A stretch of DNA of 64,000 nucleotides, taken from an uncultured Woeseiaceae bacterium (GTDB taxonomy: Bacteria > Pseudomonadota > Gammaproteobacteria > Steroidobacterales > Woeseiaceae). Positions 61,383-64,000 of the stretch are shown one piece after another. The translations under genes and the position numbers were made by a program. The stretch is from NCBI GenBank assembly GCA_905182415.1, contig CAJJBK010000003.1:36640-100639 (forward strand), read 5' to 3'. The notes below the pieces were generated by a model. That model did no database searches, was not told where the DNA came from, and saw only the letters and a program-made list of their open reading frames with translations. Positions within the stretch are counted from its first letter, which is position 1, and each line of letters begins with the position of its first letter.

Positions 61383-63224
61383 TTGGAAATTATAAGTCCT
61401 GATTATCACGGCCTAGCGGTGCTCATGCTGACTGGTATTGCGTTAGTCTTATTTACTCGCGATAAGATCCCACTTGAAACCACCAGTTTAGTTGTGTTGG
61501 TTTTGTTAGCAGCCGGCTTTCAAATTTTCCCCTATCTTATTGATGGGCATGTTTTCTCTCCAGTTGAATTTTTTTCTGGTTTTGGGAATGAAGCCTTAAT
61601 TACTATCTGCGCGCTAATGATTATTGGTCAATCTATTGAGAGGACTGGTGCCTTACAGCCATTGGCGTCATTACTTAGCAGCGCATGGTTATCACAACCC
61701 TTGTTAGCTTCATTGTTGACGTTAATTGCAGCAGGTATCTTGAGTGCGTTCATGAATAACACACCCATTGTGGTGCTCTTGATGCCTATTTTGGTTGGGG
61801 TTTCATTACGAGCAAAATTTCCTGTTTCAAAGGTTATGATGCCCATGGGTTTAGCCACAATTATTGGTGGAATGTCTACAACGATAGGGACATCAACCAA
61901 TCTTCTTGTTGTGGGAATTGCCAGAGATGTTGGTTTCAAAGAGTTTTCTATATTTGAATTTATGTTACCTGCAGTGATTGTTGGTAGTGCGGGAATATTA
62001 TTTTTATGGCTAATTGCGCCAAAAATATTGCCAGAAAGAACGCCACCTATGGCGGACACTTCACCACGAATTTTCAATAGTCAATTATTGATCAATGAAG
62101 AGGGTTTTGCAGCTGGATTGGAACTTTCCGAAATACTTGCTAAGACCAATGGCGAAATCCGTATAGAAAAGATACAACGTAGCGAATCATTATTTTTATC
62201 TCCTTTCCCATCCGTTTTGATATTACCGGGAGATCGACTGTTTGTTAAAGACACCTCAGAGAACTTAAAACATTTTGAGGAAATATTAGGAGCCACTTTA
62301 TACAGTTTATCTGATCCTGATCACCCGATAAATGAAGAGACTCCATTGAATGCAGAGGGACAGCAAATAGCTGAGGTGGTTGTTACCAGGGGCTCGCCAT
62401 TGCATTTACAGAGTTTAGATGGAGTTAGATTTAGCGCTAATTATGGCTTAATTGCATTAGCAATACATCGAGCGAGAACTCCTAATCCTCAGGTGAGTGG
62501 AGATTTGAGTACAATTCGATTGAGAGCTGGTGACGTATTATTAGTGCAAGGTACCAGTGAAGCTATTGAGACTTTAAAAGCCTCTGGCACAATGTTGGTA
62601 TTGGATGGCGCCAAAGATCTACCACAAAAACATAAGGCCAAACGCGCTCTCACAGTGATGGGAATCGTAATATTAGTGGCTGCCTTAGGCTTGATGCCAA
62701 TTTCGGTAAGCGCCATTATCGGCGTAGGATTCTTGTTGGTCTTGGAATGTTTGACTTGGCAAGATGTGTCAAAATCATTATCCACTCGAGTGATTATGAT
62801 TATTGTGGCCAGCTTAGCACTCGGTAAAGCGTTAATGATCACAGGTATGGCCAGTTATTTGGCTGGTTCATTTGTCGCACTTTCTGCTGGTTTGCCAGTT
62901 CCATTAATATTGAGTTTGTTCATGCTAATTATGTCTGTGATGACTAATATTGTATCCAATAATGCTGCAGCGGTTATTGGCACACCCATTGCTATTAGCA
63001 TTGCGACTCAATTGAATGTTGATCCTGAGCCGTTTGTGTTGGCGGTTCTATTTGGTGCCAACATGAGCTATGCAACACCTTTTGGATATCAGACTAACTT
63101 ACTTATACTGAGTGCCGGCGGATATAAATTTACCGATTTTTTGCGAGTTGGCATTCCATTGACAATTATTATGTGGCTAGGTTTTTCTCTGGTTTTACCA
63201 ACATTATATGGTTTATGGGGTTGA
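61383..63224 (+). CDS. DASS/SLC13-type anion permease with two central TrkA-C domains (YfbS-like)
   Basis: 613 aa with a TTG start. Two polytopic halves flank about 200 soluble residues with duplicated TrkA-C-like segments (LFVKDTSENLKHFEE and LLVQGTSEAIETLK). Confidence 0.75.
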   Translation: MEIISPDYHGLAVLMLTGIALVLFTRDKIPLETTSLVVLVLLAAGFQIFPYLIDGHVFSPVEFFSGFGNEALITICALMIIGQSIERTGALQPLASLLSSAWLSQPLLASLLTLIAAGILSAFMNNTPIVVLLMPILVGVSLRAKFPVSKVMMPMGLATIIGGMSTTIGTSTNLLVVGIARDVGFKEFSIFEFMLPAVIVGSAGILFLWLIAPKILPERTPPMADTSPRIFNSQLLINEEGFAAGLELSEILAKTNGEIRIEKIQRSESLFLSPFPSVLILPGDRLFVKDTSENLKHFEEILGATLYSLSDPDHPINEETPLNAEGQQIAEVVVTRGSPLHLQSLDGVRFSANYGLIALAIHRARTPNPQVSGDLSTIRLRAGDVLLVQGTSEAIETLKASGTMLVLDGAKDLPQKHKAKRALTVMGIVILVAALGLMPISVSAIIGVGFLLVLECLTWQDVSKSLSTRVIMIIVASLALGKALMITGMASYLAGSFVALSAGLPVPLILSLFMLIMSVMTNIVSNNAAAVIGTPIAISIATQLNVDPEPFVLAVLFGANMSYATPFGYQTNLLILSAGGYKFTDFLRVGIPLTIIMWLGFSLVLPTLYGLWG

Positions 63225-63258
63225 CCTTTTTGTAATCTCGGAGGATACTTTCGTTCTA

Positions 63259-63327
63259 ATGAAAATTTACAATAAAAATATTTTGAATTGGTCATGGCGT
63301 CCACATGAGGAGTGGGAGTTAGGCTGA
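63259..63327 (+). CDS. trpL: Putative trp operon leader peptide
   Basis: 22 codons: MKIYNKNILNWSWRPHEEWELG. It has three Trp, including W-S-W. GGAGGA lies at 63240-63245. A terminator follows and trpE is 86 nt downstream. Confidence 0.6.
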   Translation: MKIYNKNILNWSWRPHEEWELG

Positions 63328-63352
63328 CGTTCAGCTATATAATTTAAAAAAA

Positions 63353-63393
63353 ACCCATCTCCTTTTTAATTTAAAGGCGATGGGTTTTTTTTT
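63353..63393 (+). terminator. Rho-independent terminator (trp attenuator), also usable for the upstream permease gene
   Basis: Stem ACCCATCTCCTTT / AAAGGCGATGGGT (13 bp with one mismatch), loop TTAATTT, then a T9 run. An A8 run lies on the 5' side. Confidence 0.7.
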
Positions 63394-63412
63394 GCAATAA
63401 AAAAGAGGTTAT

Positions 63413-64000
63413 ATGTCAATATCATCACCGTTTGATATTATCGCGGATTTAGATACCCCGGTATCGGCTTTTTTAAAGCTTCGAAAACTTAAACCATGTT
63501 TTCTATTAGAAAGCGTGGAAGGTGGAGAGCGATTGTCTCGCTATTCATTTTTGGGGTTTGGGGATGTTTTAAAAGTGCATTTTAACGATTCTGGTTTGTA
63601 TTTAAACGATGCATGGATAAGCCAGCCTAAGAATCAAGAGGAATATTTGGAAACTTTGCGTAGTTTCTTGAAGGCGTCACCTAAATTAAAACCAGATATG
63701 GATGAGGTACCTTTCTCGGGAGGGCTGGTAGGCGTGTCAGGTTATGACATAGTAAGATTATTTGAGAAGCTTCCATTGAAAACTACCCCTCAAAAAAAAT
63801 TACCTAAGGCCATGTTTGTTATGCCGACCTCAGTCTTGGTTTTTGATCATACAAGCCGAAGAGTTGCACTACTTCATGCCGGATCAGAAAGGGATAGGAT
63901 CGATCTCAAGGAAGAGGTAATAAAAAACTTACGCGGCCCACTGCCGAATAATCAAAAGGCTGTCAAATTAGAAGAGCCTCAATCTAGTATGACTCAAGTT
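63413..64000 (+). CDS. trpE: Anthranilate synthase component I, partial (3' end beyond window)
   Basis: MSISSPFDIIADLDTPVSAFLKLRKLKPCFLLESVEGGERLSRYSFLGFGD is a typical TrpE N-terminus. The frame stays open to the window end. Confidence 0.9.
   Translation, partial: MSISSPFDIIADLDTPVSAFLKLRKLKPCFLLESVEGGERLSRYSFLGFGDVLKVHFNDSGLYLNDAWISQPKNQEEYLETLRSFLKASPKLKPDMDEVPFSGGLVGVSGYDIVRLFEKLPLKTTPQKKLPKAMFVMPTSVLVFDHTSRRVALLHAGSERDRIDLKEEVIKNLRGPLPNNQKAVKLEEPQSSMTQV

Noticed and set aside
63089-63304. 71-aa reverse-strand ORF that overlaps the permease 3' end and the trp leader
   Set aside because: It is antisense to a supported gene and to the leader-peptide region, and it has no recognisable features. 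The leader/attenuator interpretation explains this DNA better.

Overview
This 64-kb window comes from an AT-rich, very compact chromosome with Pseudomonas-like gammaproteobacterial gene order. It starts at the origin neighbourhood (rnpA-rpmH | dnaA-dnaN-recF-gyrB). I place about 60 protein genes, and almost all are housekeeping: replication and repair (dnaA, dnaN, recF, gyrB, uvrD, recG), translation (glyQS, rpmH, rpmE, dtd, trmL, rph), central and biosynthetic metabolism (glnA, pyrD, pyrF, gpsA, gltA, ppc, aroK, aroB, hemE, hemW, ubiA, ctaB, fadD, trpE), envelope and secretion (secB, tatABC, mrcA, tesA-ybbA-ybbP), the gmk-rpoZ-spoT-ridA-recG block, and transporters (POT, TRAP, TrkAH, a DASS-type permease). 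By my hand tally only about 3.6 kb is intergenic. I found no rRNA, tRNA, CRISPR array, transposase, integrase, phage gene, recognisable defence gene or dedicated transcription-factor gene. I therefore do not see a multi-gene novel system here. The clearest oddity is a secreted protein made of six tandem Kazal-like protease-inhibitor modules with a reduced disulfide set (16622-17428), packed behind an S41 peptidase and a methyltransferase. Other points worth checking: (1) an oriC-like cluster of five DnaA boxes, a GC cluster and (TAA)5 in an expanded dnaA-dnaN spacer; (2) a second DnaA-box locus with a head-to-head perfect pair upstream of rpmE; (3) four genes (dctQ, ycgN, dtd, rnpA) whose conserved N-termini lie upstream of any ATG/GTG/TTG, which implies ATT/ATC initiation; (4) a single-chain GlyRS in the slot where Pseudomonas has glyS-glyQ; (5) a Trp-rich leader peptide plus terminator/antiterminator upstream of trpE. 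All functional calls rest on motifs I recognised by eye and on synteny. No database search was run.
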